A stretch of 64,000 bases of DNA from an uncultured Rhodobiaceae bacterium (lineage in GTDB: Bacteria > Pseudomonadota > Alphaproteobacteria > MED-G09), in assembly GCA_913047775.1 (NCBI GenBank), contig CAJWUE010000001.1:15390-79389 (forward strand), in the 5' to 3' direction. Shown in pieces: positions 21,052 through 29,602 of this stretch. The notes below the pieces were generated by a model. It saw only the letters and a program-made list of their open reading frames with translations. It was not told where the DNA came from and did no database searches. Numbering within the stretch: the stretch's first letter is position 1; each line of letters begins with the position of its first letter. The translations under genes and the position numbers were made by a program.

Positions 21052-22786
21052 TCGATACTTCCGCTAATCGAGTAAATCTATCATTTTGCCTTTCTTCATA
21101 CCTATCATCCTTCACTATATTCAATAAGGGTGCTGACAATTTTATTACATTTCCTGCCGTTGGAACTGCATTCCAATAAGAGGTATTGCCGCGAACATTT
21201 TTCTTAGATTCGGGACTATCATAACTTATTAGGATTATATATTCAGGGTCCCAACCAGGAAAAGCACCTACAAAACTTGTTAGAATACCGCAGTACCCTC
21301 CTGTTTTACATGGTTGGTCAGCCGTCCCTGTTTTTCCTATTACGTAGTATCCTTCTATATTGGCTTTTTTACCAGAACCATTTTTTACTACTTGACGCAT
21401 AGCAAATCTCATACTTTCACTAACTTCACTAGAAATTAACTTTGCTTGGGTTCTGTAGGGTTTTTCTCTTTGGTATAAAGTTGGTTCTATGACATACCCA
21501 CCATTAACTATTGCGGCCGTTGCTGTGACAAATGATAGAGGAATCACACCTAGACCTTGGCCAAAGGAGATAGTAATTAGAGAAGATTCGTTCCAAGGAT
21601 TTGGCAGAACTGGGCTTCCTGTCTCTAAAAGTTCAAAAAAGAGCTCATCTAAAAGCCCCGCCTCTTTTAAAAATCTCTTTTGTTCATCAAGACCCACTAA
21701 TAAAGCTATCTGAGCCATACATATATTAGAAGATTTTTCTAAGCATTGGGCGGCATTAAGGTATTGAGTTTTTTGTTTTCTGTAATCCCGTAAGCACATT
21801 GGTCTATATTTTTTTATACACTTCCACGTATCAAATTCATCGGAAAGAGTAATTCTTTCATTTTCCAAGGCCATAGCTAAAGTAAATATCTTCATGACCG
21901 AACCCAATTCATAACTTCCCTGAGTTATCTGGTTAAATGAGTGTGACTTAATATCCATCTTATTCATCTCAAATTTTATATTGTTAGGATCAAAATCTGG
22001 AAGTGATGCAAGAGCAATAATTTCTCCATTCTTAGCATTCATAATAATTCCGAAAGCCGCCTTAGCATTATATTCTCTCATTCCATTTGAAAGTTCTGTC
22101 TCAAGGTGATTTTGTATTCTCAAATCAATACTGAGATTTATAGATCTAGAAGTTATACCTGAATAAGAAATAGTTCTTTCAAAACCAGCTCCACCTTCTA
22201 AATCTCTTTGGGAATAACCTATAATATGAGATGCAAGTCTTTTATTTGGATAAATTCTTCTCCAAACATCATTAAACTCAACCTCTGCTACTCCCGCATT
22301 AAGAATCTCGTATCGCTCTTTATCACTGATATCATTCGCCAATTCAAAATAACTTCCAGATCTCAACAATTGATCTTCTAATATCTTGGGATCCTTATTC
22401 AAAATTGGTGCCAGTTTTATTGCTGACTCTGAAGCGTATTTTGGATTTCTGAGTGATGCTCTAATAGTTTTTACAGTCGTCGCAATTATTTTTCCCTCTC
22501 TATCAAGAACATCCGGTTTTGGTTTTCTAATTTGGTGAATCTCTACTTTTATTGGTGTGTACCCAATTACATCTCCTGGAAATATCGATAAGAACGTATT
22601 TCTGACCGAAAAAATAAGAAATAAAGCTAAGAATATATTTACCGCAAACCTAATCCTTTCTCTGCCTATTTTGATAGATTCTTGGAAAATGGGATTACTG
22701 TATTTTTGCTGTTGAGTTTTTCTAAATAGATAAGAAATGTCATTCCCAACCACAATTTTTCGAAAATTTCCTTTTTTTTCTTTCAT
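21044..22786 (-). CDS. ftsI: Peptidoglycan D,D-transpeptidase FtsI (PBP3)
   Basis: N-terminal TM helix, 'SVMK' (SxxK), 'SFG' (SxN-like) and 'KTGT' (KTG) motifs; synteny. Confidence 0.85.
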   Translation of the reverse strand: MKEKKGNFRKIVVGNDISYLFRKTQQQKYSNPIFQESIKIGRERIRFAVNIFLALFLIFSVRNTFLSIFPGDVIGYTPIKVEIHQIRKPKPDVLDREGKIIATTVKTIRASLRNPKYASESAIKLAPILNKDPKILEDQLLRSGSYFELANDISDKERYEILNAGVAEVEFNDVWRRIYPNKRLASHIIGYSQRDLEGGAGFERTISYSGITSRSINLSIDLRIQNHLETELSNGMREYNAKAAFGIIMNAKNGEIIALASLPDFDPNNIKFEMNKMDIKSHSFNQITQGSYELGSVMKIFTLAMALENERITLSDEFDTWKCIKKYRPMCLRDYRKQKTQYLNAAQCLEKSSNICMAQIALLVGLDEQKRFLKEAGLLDELFFELLETGSPVLPNPWNESSLITISFGQGLGVIPLSFVTATAAIVNGGYVIEPTLYQREKPYRTQAKLISSEVSESMRFAMRQVVKNGSGKKANIEGYYVIGKTGTADQPCKTGGYCGILTSFVGAFPGWDPEYIILISYDSPESKKNVRGNTSYWNAVPTAGNVIKLSAPLLNIVKDDRYEERQNDRFTRLAEVSND

Positions 22787-22788
22787 AA

Positions 22789-23079
22789 TTATTCGCCTTC
22801 AAAAAATTCTGAATCTGAAACGGTTATTTGATCGCCTCTAATAGGCTCCAGCTTTAATTCATTTGAATTTTTCTCTGCTAATCTTTTCAAGTTTTCTGGG
22901 CTTGTTAAAATTGCCCACTCAGCTTCTAAGAGGTTTTGTTTCTCAATTTCTTCCACTATTAAAGGGCCTAATTTCGAAAATTCTTTTTCAAGATTTATAA
23001 CTTCGTAAATTACTGTGTAGTGGTAAACTTTAATTCCTAAGAAAATCATAACCGATATGAAGATGAGCGATCTAAACAC
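22789..23079 (-). CDS. ftsL: Cell division protein FtsL-like small bitopic membrane protein
   Basis: 96 aa with a single TM helix and coiled-coil-like tail; lies between rsmH and ftsI. Confidence 0.55.
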   Translation of the reverse strand: MFRSLIFISVMIFLGIKVYHYTVIYEVINLEKEFSKLGPLIVEEIEKQNLLEAEWAILTSPENLKRLAEKNSNELKLEPIRGDQITVSDSEFFEGE

Positions 23080-24051
23080 CTAAACACCTCCATATTTTTG
23101 AAAATCGTGATTCATATGATGGTTTCTGTCTAAAGATAAACTTGACCTAAAAGCGCAACGCAATCTTGCTGAACGCGCTCTTTTATTTAACTCAATCTCC
23201 TCGCGACTAGGTCTAATTACCTTCCTGCTCACATAAACAAAAGATGACTTAGGTTTAAGAATGTCGTATTTTTTATTTGAAACAGAATTATATCTTATAA
23301 AATTCTTAACAATTCTATCCTCAAGAGAATGAAAGGCTATCACAACCAACCTTCCTCCTTGTGTTAATAATTCTTCAGAAGCAACCAATACCTTGTAAAG
23401 CTCCTTAAGTTCGTCATTCAGATATATTCTGAGTGCTTGAAAAGTTTTTGTTGCTGGATGGATTTTAGAGTGTTTAAACCTCACAGCGCTAGCTATTATC
23501 TCCGATAGTTCAGAGGTGGTTGATATCTTCTTTACTTTCCTTTTTTTGACTATTTCCTTCGCTATCTTCCTAGATTTTCTTTCTTCACCGTATCTAAAAA
23601 TAATATCTGCAAGAGAGCTTTCGTTAACTGAATTTATAAGATCGTAAGCCTTTTCTCCTCTTTTGTTCATTCGCATATCTAAAGGAGAATTGTATTTGAA
23701 GGAAAAACCTCTTTCAGGAGAACTCAATTGCATTGATGACACCCCCAAATCTAACAATATTCCGTTAACAAAATTAATCCCAGCTGAGTTTACTATCTCT
23801 TTAATATTTCCAAACGAGCCCTCAGTTAATGAGAATCTATCTGCATACAGCTTTTGTAACTCTTTACATATGGAAATAGCTTCGGGATCTTTATCTATAC
23901 CTATAACCCTGCATTTAGCGGTATCGAGAATATTTTTAGAGTGACCTCCCGCTCCAACAGTACAGTCCACATAAACCTCATTATCAGAAGGTTTTAGTGA
24001 TGCTATTACCTCATCTATCATGACCGATTTATGATAGATGTTCTCATTCAT
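23080..24051 (-). CDS. rsmH: 16S rRNA (cytosine1402-N4)-methyltransferase
   Basis: 'YVDCTVGAGGHS' SAM-binding motif and synteny after mraZ. Confidence 0.9.
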   Translation of the reverse strand: MNENIYHKSVMIDEVIASLKPSDNEVYVDCTVGAGGHSKNILDTAKCRVIGIDKDPEAISICKELQKLYADRFSLTEGSFGNIKEIVNSAGINFVNGILLDLGVSSMQLSSPERGFSFKYNSPLDMRMNKRGEKAYDLINSVNESSLADIIFRYGEERKSRKIAKEIVKKRKVKKISTTSELSEIIASAVRFKHSKIHPATKTFQALRIYLNDELKELYKVLVASEELLTQGGRLVVIAFHSLEDRIVKNFIRYNSVSNKKYDILKPKSSFVYVSRKVIRPSREEIELNKRARSARLRCAFRSSLSLDRNHHMNHDFQKYGGV

Positions 24052-24053
24052 AA

Positions 24054-24536
24054 TTATTCGCTTTCCTTAGAAAGTTTGGAGTCTGTATTTAGAGCTGGGC
24101 CAATTAGGTCTCTATTTTCTAGAGCTTTAAGGCGTGCATGTGATTTAAACTCTTTAAAGGCTTCAGGCTCCCACATTTGAAACTTTTGACCCAAACCCGC
24201 AAAAGTCACTTTATCCTTAAGGTTTGCATGAACAATAAGTGGTTCGGGTAAAGAAATTCTTCCGTCTTGGTCATAAGGTATTTGGAAGGTATCCGAAAAT
24301 AAGGCGGTAGTGAGAGCATCAGTTTCCTCTGCAAACAATTGCATTTTTTCTACACTCTCTGCAATTTGATCAATTAAAATTTGTCCTCCGCCGTCAATCG
24401 CTTGAGAGGTAAATGAGGGATATAAATACACACCAGGAAATCCTTGGTATTCGAGCACCGATCTAAATACCGATGGTATAGAAACCCTGCCCTTAGAATC
24501 TATTTTGTTTATGGTGCTGGACATGAATATTTTCAT
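24054..24536 (-). CDS. mraZ: Transcriptional regulator MraZ
   Basis: 160 aa; duplicated 'DxxGR' motifs ('DSKGRVSIP', 'DQDGRISLP'); first gene of the dcw cluster. Confidence 0.85.
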   Translation of the reverse strand: MKIFMSSTINKIDSKGRVSIPSVFRSVLEYQGFPGVYLYPSFTSQAIDGGGQILIDQIAESVEKMQLFAEETDALTTALFSDTFQIPYDQDGRISLPEPLIVHANLKDKVTFAGLGQKFQMWEPEAFKEFKSHARLKALENRDLIGPALNTDSKLSKESE

Positions 24537-24584
24537 GTCTTTCCTCCTTAATATAAAACAAGCCGTACGCGTTGCGGAATAATA

Positions 24585-24629
24585 TGGACTAGCATGGGAT
24601 TATATGGGAGTCAATGGGTTAATATGGAA
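24585..24629. promoter_or_regulatory. Five direct repeats TGGAC/TGGGA/TGGGA/TGGGT/TGGAA with exact 10-bp phasing (starts 24585, 24595, 24605, 24615, 24625); putative MraZ operator/Pmra region
   Basis: Read directly from 'atatggactagcatgggattatatgggagtcaatgggttaatatggaa'. They lie 50-95 bp upstream of the mraZ start. E. coli MraZ binds TGGGN repeats separated by 5-nt spacers. Confidence 0.5.
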
Positions 24630-24691
24630 AAAACCTTATAAAATCAGCTTTTTCAGTGAATAAATTGAATATTTGGTGGTTTTTTAGGAAA

Positions 24692-25050
24692 AGTCAGATG
24701 GTCTGTAAGCCGGGTTCTGTATCCACTAAGTGGTGATGATCATTCATCTTGGATATATGTTTCCATACATCTCTAGCAACCTACCCGAATAACTAAAACT
24801 GAGACAATTCTTGGTTTTCACCTTCGCTATTCCTATTTGGTCTTGCTCCCAACGGGGTTTACCCTGCCATATTATGTTACCATATATGCGGTGCGCTCTT
24901 ACCGCACCTTTTCACCCTTACCTTCTCAGGCGGTCTATTTTCTGTGGCACTATCCCTAAAGTCGCCTTTGCCGGGTATTACCCGGCGCTGTGTCTCTTGG
25001 AGCCCGGACTTTCCTCTCATCTAGAGCGATCATCCGACCATCTGACAACC
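24692..25050 (-). ncRNA. rnpB: RNase P RNA, bacterial type A (M1 RNA)
   Basis: Minus-strand motifs 'GAGGAAAGTCCGGGCTCC' (P4), 'GGTAAGGGTGAAAAGGTGCGGTAAGAGCGCACC' and 'ACAGAACCCGGCTTACAG'. P1 pairing joins the 5' GTCAGATGGTC to the 3' GACCATCTGAC. A TTGACC -35-like element lies at about 25076-25081. Confidence 0.85.
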
Positions 25051-25092
25051 TTTTTGTATTTAAAAACTAGTTAATGGTCAAGATTATATATT

Positions 25093-25701
25093 TTAGGCCT
25101 TCGCACTTGGTCTTTGAGATAATCTTTCATAATAGGATAATAAATTCTTACAATTTTCTGGGATATCGATTCTAGGCCATTTAGCGAAATCAAAACAGAC
25201 CAAAGCTGTGATATCCGCAATTGTAAATCGATCTAGACAGATAAATTCTTTGTCTTCCATTTCTCCTTCAAGCCAATTTAAAGTTTTTATTACCCTTGGG
25301 CGGCTTGCTTCCGCCCATTCCTTGATCTGCTCCTCTAAACTAGCCATAGATGGATGGCCATGCCTATAAGTGTTGGCAATTCCTTGCATCAACAATAGCT
25401 CGAGTCTTCTTTGCCACATTTCAATGATAGCTATTTCTTTCGGATCTTTTCCCATTAAATTTGGTTCAGGTTGTAACGCCTCAAAGTAACGACAAATAGC
25501 TATAGATTCCGTTATATAAGTCCCATCATCAAGCTCTAAAGTGGGAACTTGAGATAAAGGACTCATCTTCTTATAACTATCCTTTTTATGATCACCTTTC
25601 ATGATATCTATTTGTTCAATAGGTATATCGATGTCTTTTTCGTGAAGAAAAATTCTTGTTCTTCTTGGATTCGGTGCCGGTTCACAATCGTAGAAAATCA
25701 T
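25093..25701 (-). CDS. Glutathione S-transferase family protein
   Basis: 202 aa with thioredoxin-like N-domain and helical C-domain, GST-like (beta/omega-like). Confidence 0.65.
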   Translation of the reverse strand: MIFYDCEPAPNPRRTRIFLHEKDIDIPIEQIDIMKGDHKKDSYKKMSPLSQVPTLELDDGTYITESIAICRYFEALQPEPNLMGKDPKEIAIIEMWQRRLELLLMQGIANTYRHGHPSMASLEEQIKEWAEASRPRVIKTLNWLEGEMEDKEFICLDRFTIADITALVCFDFAKWPRIDIPENCKNLLSYYERLSQRPSAKA

Positions 25702-25818
25702 AATCTTTTTCCTTTAATTCGGATTTATAATTGAATTAAATAGTTTATATTTAAAAATAAACTTGACCACAAGTTTTTCAAACTATTAAGAATATAGTTA
25801 ATTTTTAAGGAGAAACTG

Positions 25819-26721
25819 ATGACAATAAGCTTCGATAACAAAGTAGTTATAGTAACTGGTGCAGGCGGGGGCTTGGGAAGAAGTCACGCTATAGAATTTG
25901 CAAGAAGAGGAGCTAAAGTAGTTGTTAACGATCTCGGAGGAGAAGTAGATGGGTCTGGAAGTTCATCTGAAGCAGTAAATAAGGTTGTAAAGGAGATTAC
26001 TGATTTAGGGGGAGTAGCTATTCCAAATGGTGCATCTGTTACTGATGATGCCGGTGTAAAACATATGATAGACCAAACCATTGAAGAGTTTGGCAGGATT
26101 GATATCCTTGTTAACAATGCAGGAATTTTGAGAGACAAATCTTTTTCCAAGATGGAAATGGAAGATTTTACGAAGGTTACCGATGTTCATCTCATCGGAT
26201 CAGTAAAGCCAACAAAACAGGTTTGGGATATAATGAAAGATCAGAACTACGGAAGAATAATTGTGACTACATCTTCAACGGGTCTTTATGGTAATTTTGG
26301 TCAAGCGAATTATGGTGCAGCAAAGCTAGCTTTAGTGGGATTTGTCAATACGTTAAAATTAGAAGGTCAAAAATATAATATTAATTGCAACATCTTATGC
26401 CCGGTGGCATATACAAGAATGACTTCTAATCTAATGCCACCTGAAGCTGAGCAGTTATTGACTCCTAGTAGCGTTACACCAGCAGTTATCTATCTTTCGG
26501 GAGAAAATGCTCCTAATGGAACCATTCTTTGTGCAGGCGCTGGTGTTTATTCTGTCGCAAAGATCCTTGAAAGTGACGGTAAAAATTTAGGTTTGAAAGC
26601 AACGGCTGAGGATATAGAAAAAAACTGGGATAAAATTTCTGATTTTTCTGATGCCAAGCCCTTTAATATGGGCAGCGAACAAACTGCCAAAGTCATAGAA
26701 ATAGCTATGAAAAGCGAATAG
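25819..26721 (+). CDS. SDR-family oxidoreductase resembling the N-terminal dehydrogenase domain of MFE-2 / 3-hydroxyacyl-CoA dehydrogenase
   Basis: 'VVIVTGAGGGLGRSHA' Rossmann motif, 'VVVNDLGG..DG', and 'YGAAK' (YxxxK). Confidence 0.7.
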   Translation: MTISFDNKVVIVTGAGGGLGRSHAIEFARRGAKVVVNDLGGEVDGSGSSSEAVNKVVKEITDLGGVAIPNGASVTDDAGVKHMIDQTIEEFGRIDILVNNAGILRDKSFSKMEMEDFTKVTDVHLIGSVKPTKQVWDIMKDQNYGRIIVTTSSTGLYGNFGQANYGAAKLALVGFVNTLKLEGQKYNINCNILCPVAYTRMTSNLMPPEAEQLLTPSSVTPAVIYLSGENAPNGTILCAGAGVYSVAKILESDGKNLGLKATAEDIEKNWDKISDFSDAKPFNMGSEQTAKVIEIAMKSE

Positions 26722-26723
26722 AA

Positions 26724-28220
26724 TTGGAACTTACTTCTTCAAAACCTATAGATTGTTCTTTAAAAGAATATAAAGAAGATATAATTATTTATGAGAAGGG
26801 TTTTAGGGAATATGACGCACGCTGGAGATACCCTGAACAAATCAACCTCCCCGGACTCCAAAACCTAGGTATAAGCCTTGGTAAACTTATCCTAAAGAAT
26901 GGCGTTGATGGGAATATTATTGTGGGTCATGATTTTAGATCATATTCCGAAGAGGTCAAAGAAGCACTCGTGGCAGGGTTAGTTGCCTCAGGAATGAATG
27001 TTTACGATATTGGGCTTACCATAACCCCTGGAGCTTATTTTGCTCAATATTTTTTGGATTGCATGAATGTTGCAATGGTCACTGCAAGCCATAATCCTAA
27101 TGGTTGGACAGGTGTAAAGATGGGATTAAATAGACCACTAACATTTGAGACAGAGCATATGAGGGCATTGAAAGAAATTTCTTTGTCACATCCGGGTCCA
27201 TCGGAAGTTAAGGGAGCTTATATTTTTCAAAATATCAATAAAGAATATCTGAAAGATCTAACAAATAAGAAATCAATTAAAAGAAAAATTAGAGCTGTTG
27301 TTGCATGCGGTAATGGAACCGCAGGTATGTTCGCTCCCAAAGCTCTTAAGAAAATTGGTATTGAAGTAATTCCGCTTAATTGCGATTTAGATGATACTTT
27401 TCCAAAATATAATCCTAACCCAGAAGATATGTTGATGCTGAAAGATCTGTCAAAAAAAGTGTTAGAGACTAATTCCGATGTTGGATTTGCTTTTGATGGA
27501 GATGGCGACAGGTGCGGTTTTGTAGATGACTTGGGAAGAGAAATATTTGCCGATAAAATTGGTCTGTTGATCGCACGAAACATATCAAAAGAAATTAAAA
27601 GTTCTCAATTTATTGTTGATATTAAATCAACATCACTTTTTTCCTCTGATGAGGTTTTGAAAGGCAATAACTCTGAAGTGCTTTATTGGAAAACGGGACA
27701 CAGTTATATTAAGAAAAAAACATTTGAAAATAATGCTATTGCTGGTTTTGAAAGGTCTGGCCATTATTTCTTTAATAAGCCAATTGGAAGGGGGTATGAT
27801 GACGGAATTTTGTCAGCGATCGAATTGTGTAAACTCATGGATACAGAAAAAACTTTAAAGCTATCTGAACTGTATGATGAGTTACCAATTACATATTGCT
27901 CTCCAACAATGTCTCCACAATGCTCAGATCATATTAAATATGAAATTGTAAACAAAATAACTTCCATATTTGAAAATATGGAAAAGAATGAAGAAAAATT
28001 TTCTGGCCAAATGATATCCTCTCTTATAACGATAAACGGGGTGAGGGTTTCCCTAGAAGATGGGAGCTGGGGGCTGATAAGGGCCTCCTCCAATTCACCA
28101 AATTTGGTTGTGGTGTGCGAGAGCCCTATCTCAAAAGAAAGAATGGAAGAAATTTTTATTTCTTTAGATAAAATACTTAAATCTTTTCCAGAAGTTGGAG
28201 AATACGATCAAAAAATCTAA
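26724..28220 (+). CDS. Phosphomannomutase/phosphoglucomutase (alpha-D-phosphohexomutase family), TTG start
   Basis: Active-site 'TASHNPNGWTGVKM', metal loop 'DGDGDRCG', and 'FERSGHYFF'. Confidence 0.75.
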   Translation: MELTSSKPIDCSLKEYKEDIIIYEKGFREYDARWRYPEQINLPGLQNLGISLGKLILKNGVDGNIIVGHDFRSYSEEVKEALVAGLVASGMNVYDIGLTITPGAYFAQYFLDCMNVAMVTASHNPNGWTGVKMGLNRPLTFETEHMRALKEISLSHPGPSEVKGAYIFQNINKEYLKDLTNKKSIKRKIRAVVACGNGTAGMFAPKALKKIGIEVIPLNCDLDDTFPKYNPNPEDMLMLKDLSKKVLETNSDVGFAFDGDGDRCGFVDDLGREIFADKIGLLIARNISKEIKSSQFIVDIKSTSLFSSDEVLKGNNSEVLYWKTGHSYIKKKTFENNAIAGFERSGHYFFNKPIGRGYDDGILSAIELCKLMDTEKTLKLSELYDELPITYCSPTMSPQCSDHIKYEIVNKITSIFENMEKNEEKFSGQMISSLITINGVRVSLEDGSWGLIRASSNSPNLVVVCESPISKERMEEIFISLDKILKSFPEVGEYDQKI

Positions 28221-28297
28221 AAGATAGATTAAAATATTTTAAAATTATCTTTCGTATTATATAGTCGAGAAACCACTTTTTAGTATGGAGACTGATC

Positions 28298-29089
28298 TTG
28301 ATAGTAGAACAAATTTGGACAGCTAATCAATTCCGTAATTTTAATTATTTAATTGTTTGCCCTCAAACTGGTGAGGCTATGGCGATTGACCCTCTTGATT
28401 ATGAGCAATGTCTGTCCGTAAGTAAAAAAAATGGATGGGAGATAACTAAAATACTTAACACTCATGAACATTGGGATCATATTGGTGGAAATAAATCACT
28501 CGTAGAAGTAACAGGAGCACAAATTCTTGCCCATCATATGGCTAAAGATAAAATAGAAGATGTGGATATTGGCTTAAAAAAAGGAGACATCGTAAAGGTC
28601 GGCAAAACAGTCAACTTAGAAGTTTTAGATACTCCTGGACATACTATGAGCCATGTTTGCTTATTCGTTAATAACGATTCTCCCTCAATCTTTTGTGGTG
28701 ACACTCTTTTTAATGCTGGTGTCGGTCACTGTAAGGGCGGTGGAAATCCTTTAGATCTTTACGAAACCTTTCTAAATCAGTTATACAAACTTCCCGATCA
28801 AACAAGAGTGTACCCTGGTCACGATTATTGGGAAAATAATCTAAGATTTACTTTAGATAGAGAGCCACAAAATACCACTGCTCAAAAAATGATTGATGAA
28901 GAAAAAATTAAAAACCCTAATGAAGCTGTTGTGTCAACTTTGGGCCTAGAAAAAGAGGTGAATGCTTTCTTCCGTTTAAAAAATCCCAATATTATAGAAA
29001 AATTAAGAAATGATTTTCCTGATCTTCCCGACCAACCTGATATGAAAGAAGTCTTCCTTAAGCTCAGAGAACTAAGGAATGATTGGTAA
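28298..29089 (+). CDS. gloB: Hydroxyacylglutathione hydrolase (glyoxalase II)
   Basis: Metallo-beta-lactamase motif 'NTHEHWDHIGGN'; length and C-terminal GloB-like region. Confidence 0.8.
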   Translation: MIVEQIWTANQFRNFNYLIVCPQTGEAMAIDPLDYEQCLSVSKKNGWEITKILNTHEHWDHIGGNKSLVEVTGAQILAHHMAKDKIEDVDIGLKKGDIVKVGKTVNLEVLDTPGHTMSHVCLFVNNDSPSIFCGDTLFNAGVGHCKGGGNPLDLYETFLNQLYKLPDQTRVYPGHDYWENNLRFTLDREPQNTTAQKMIDEEKIKNPNEAVVSTLGLEKEVNAFFRLKNPNIIEKLRNDFPDLPDQPDMKEVFLKLRELRNDW

Positions 29090-29222
29090 GTAATTTTTTA
29101 TTCATTTCCTTTTTATCTAAGCGAGCAAACAGTTTGTTGTTGTTTTTGTTAATATGAAATAATAAAGTTTACAATAGAATAAAAATTCATCTATTAATAT
29201 AGCTTCAAAAAGGGACTTTTGT

Positions 29223-29579
29223 ATGAAAGACTTGTCGGCGATTTTTGTATCTATACTCTGCACTTTCCATTGTTTGGCGATTCCAATTTCATCTGTCTTG
29301 GCGGCCTCCAGTACTTTTGTATGGTTCATCAACTATCAGATTTTTCATAGCATTTTGCTAATACCTATAGTTTTTTTATTTTCAATAACTATCCCTAAAT
29401 GTTATCCAATTCATAAAAATAGAAGACCTTTAATGTTTGGTTTATTAGGAATAGCAATTTTAATATTAGCCATTTTCTTAGATAAAAATACAGAATTATT
29501 TATGACAGTGCTTGGTGCTTTATTCATGATTAAAGCACATTCATTAAACTATAATCTGATTAAACCCGTAAGCGGTTAA
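29223..29579 (+). CDS. Small hydrophobic membrane protein of unknown function with an N-terminal CxxxC motif
   Basis: 118 aa with 3-4 predicted TM helices and 'LCTFHCL'. Confidence 0.35.
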   Translation: MKDLSAIFVSILCTFHCLAIPISSVLAASSTFVWFINYQIFHSILLIPIVFLFSITIPKCYPIHKNRRPLMFGLLGIAILILAIFLDKNTELFMTVLGALFMIKAHSLNYNLIKPVSG

Positions 29580-29602
29580 TTAATACCTCTTTAAAAATCA
29601 TA

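Noticed and set aside
24811-25074. 87-aa plus-strand ORF in the mraZ upstream region
   Set aside because: It lies entirely within the RNase P RNA gene on the opposite strand. It has no coding signature, and the rnpB motifs explain the conservation.
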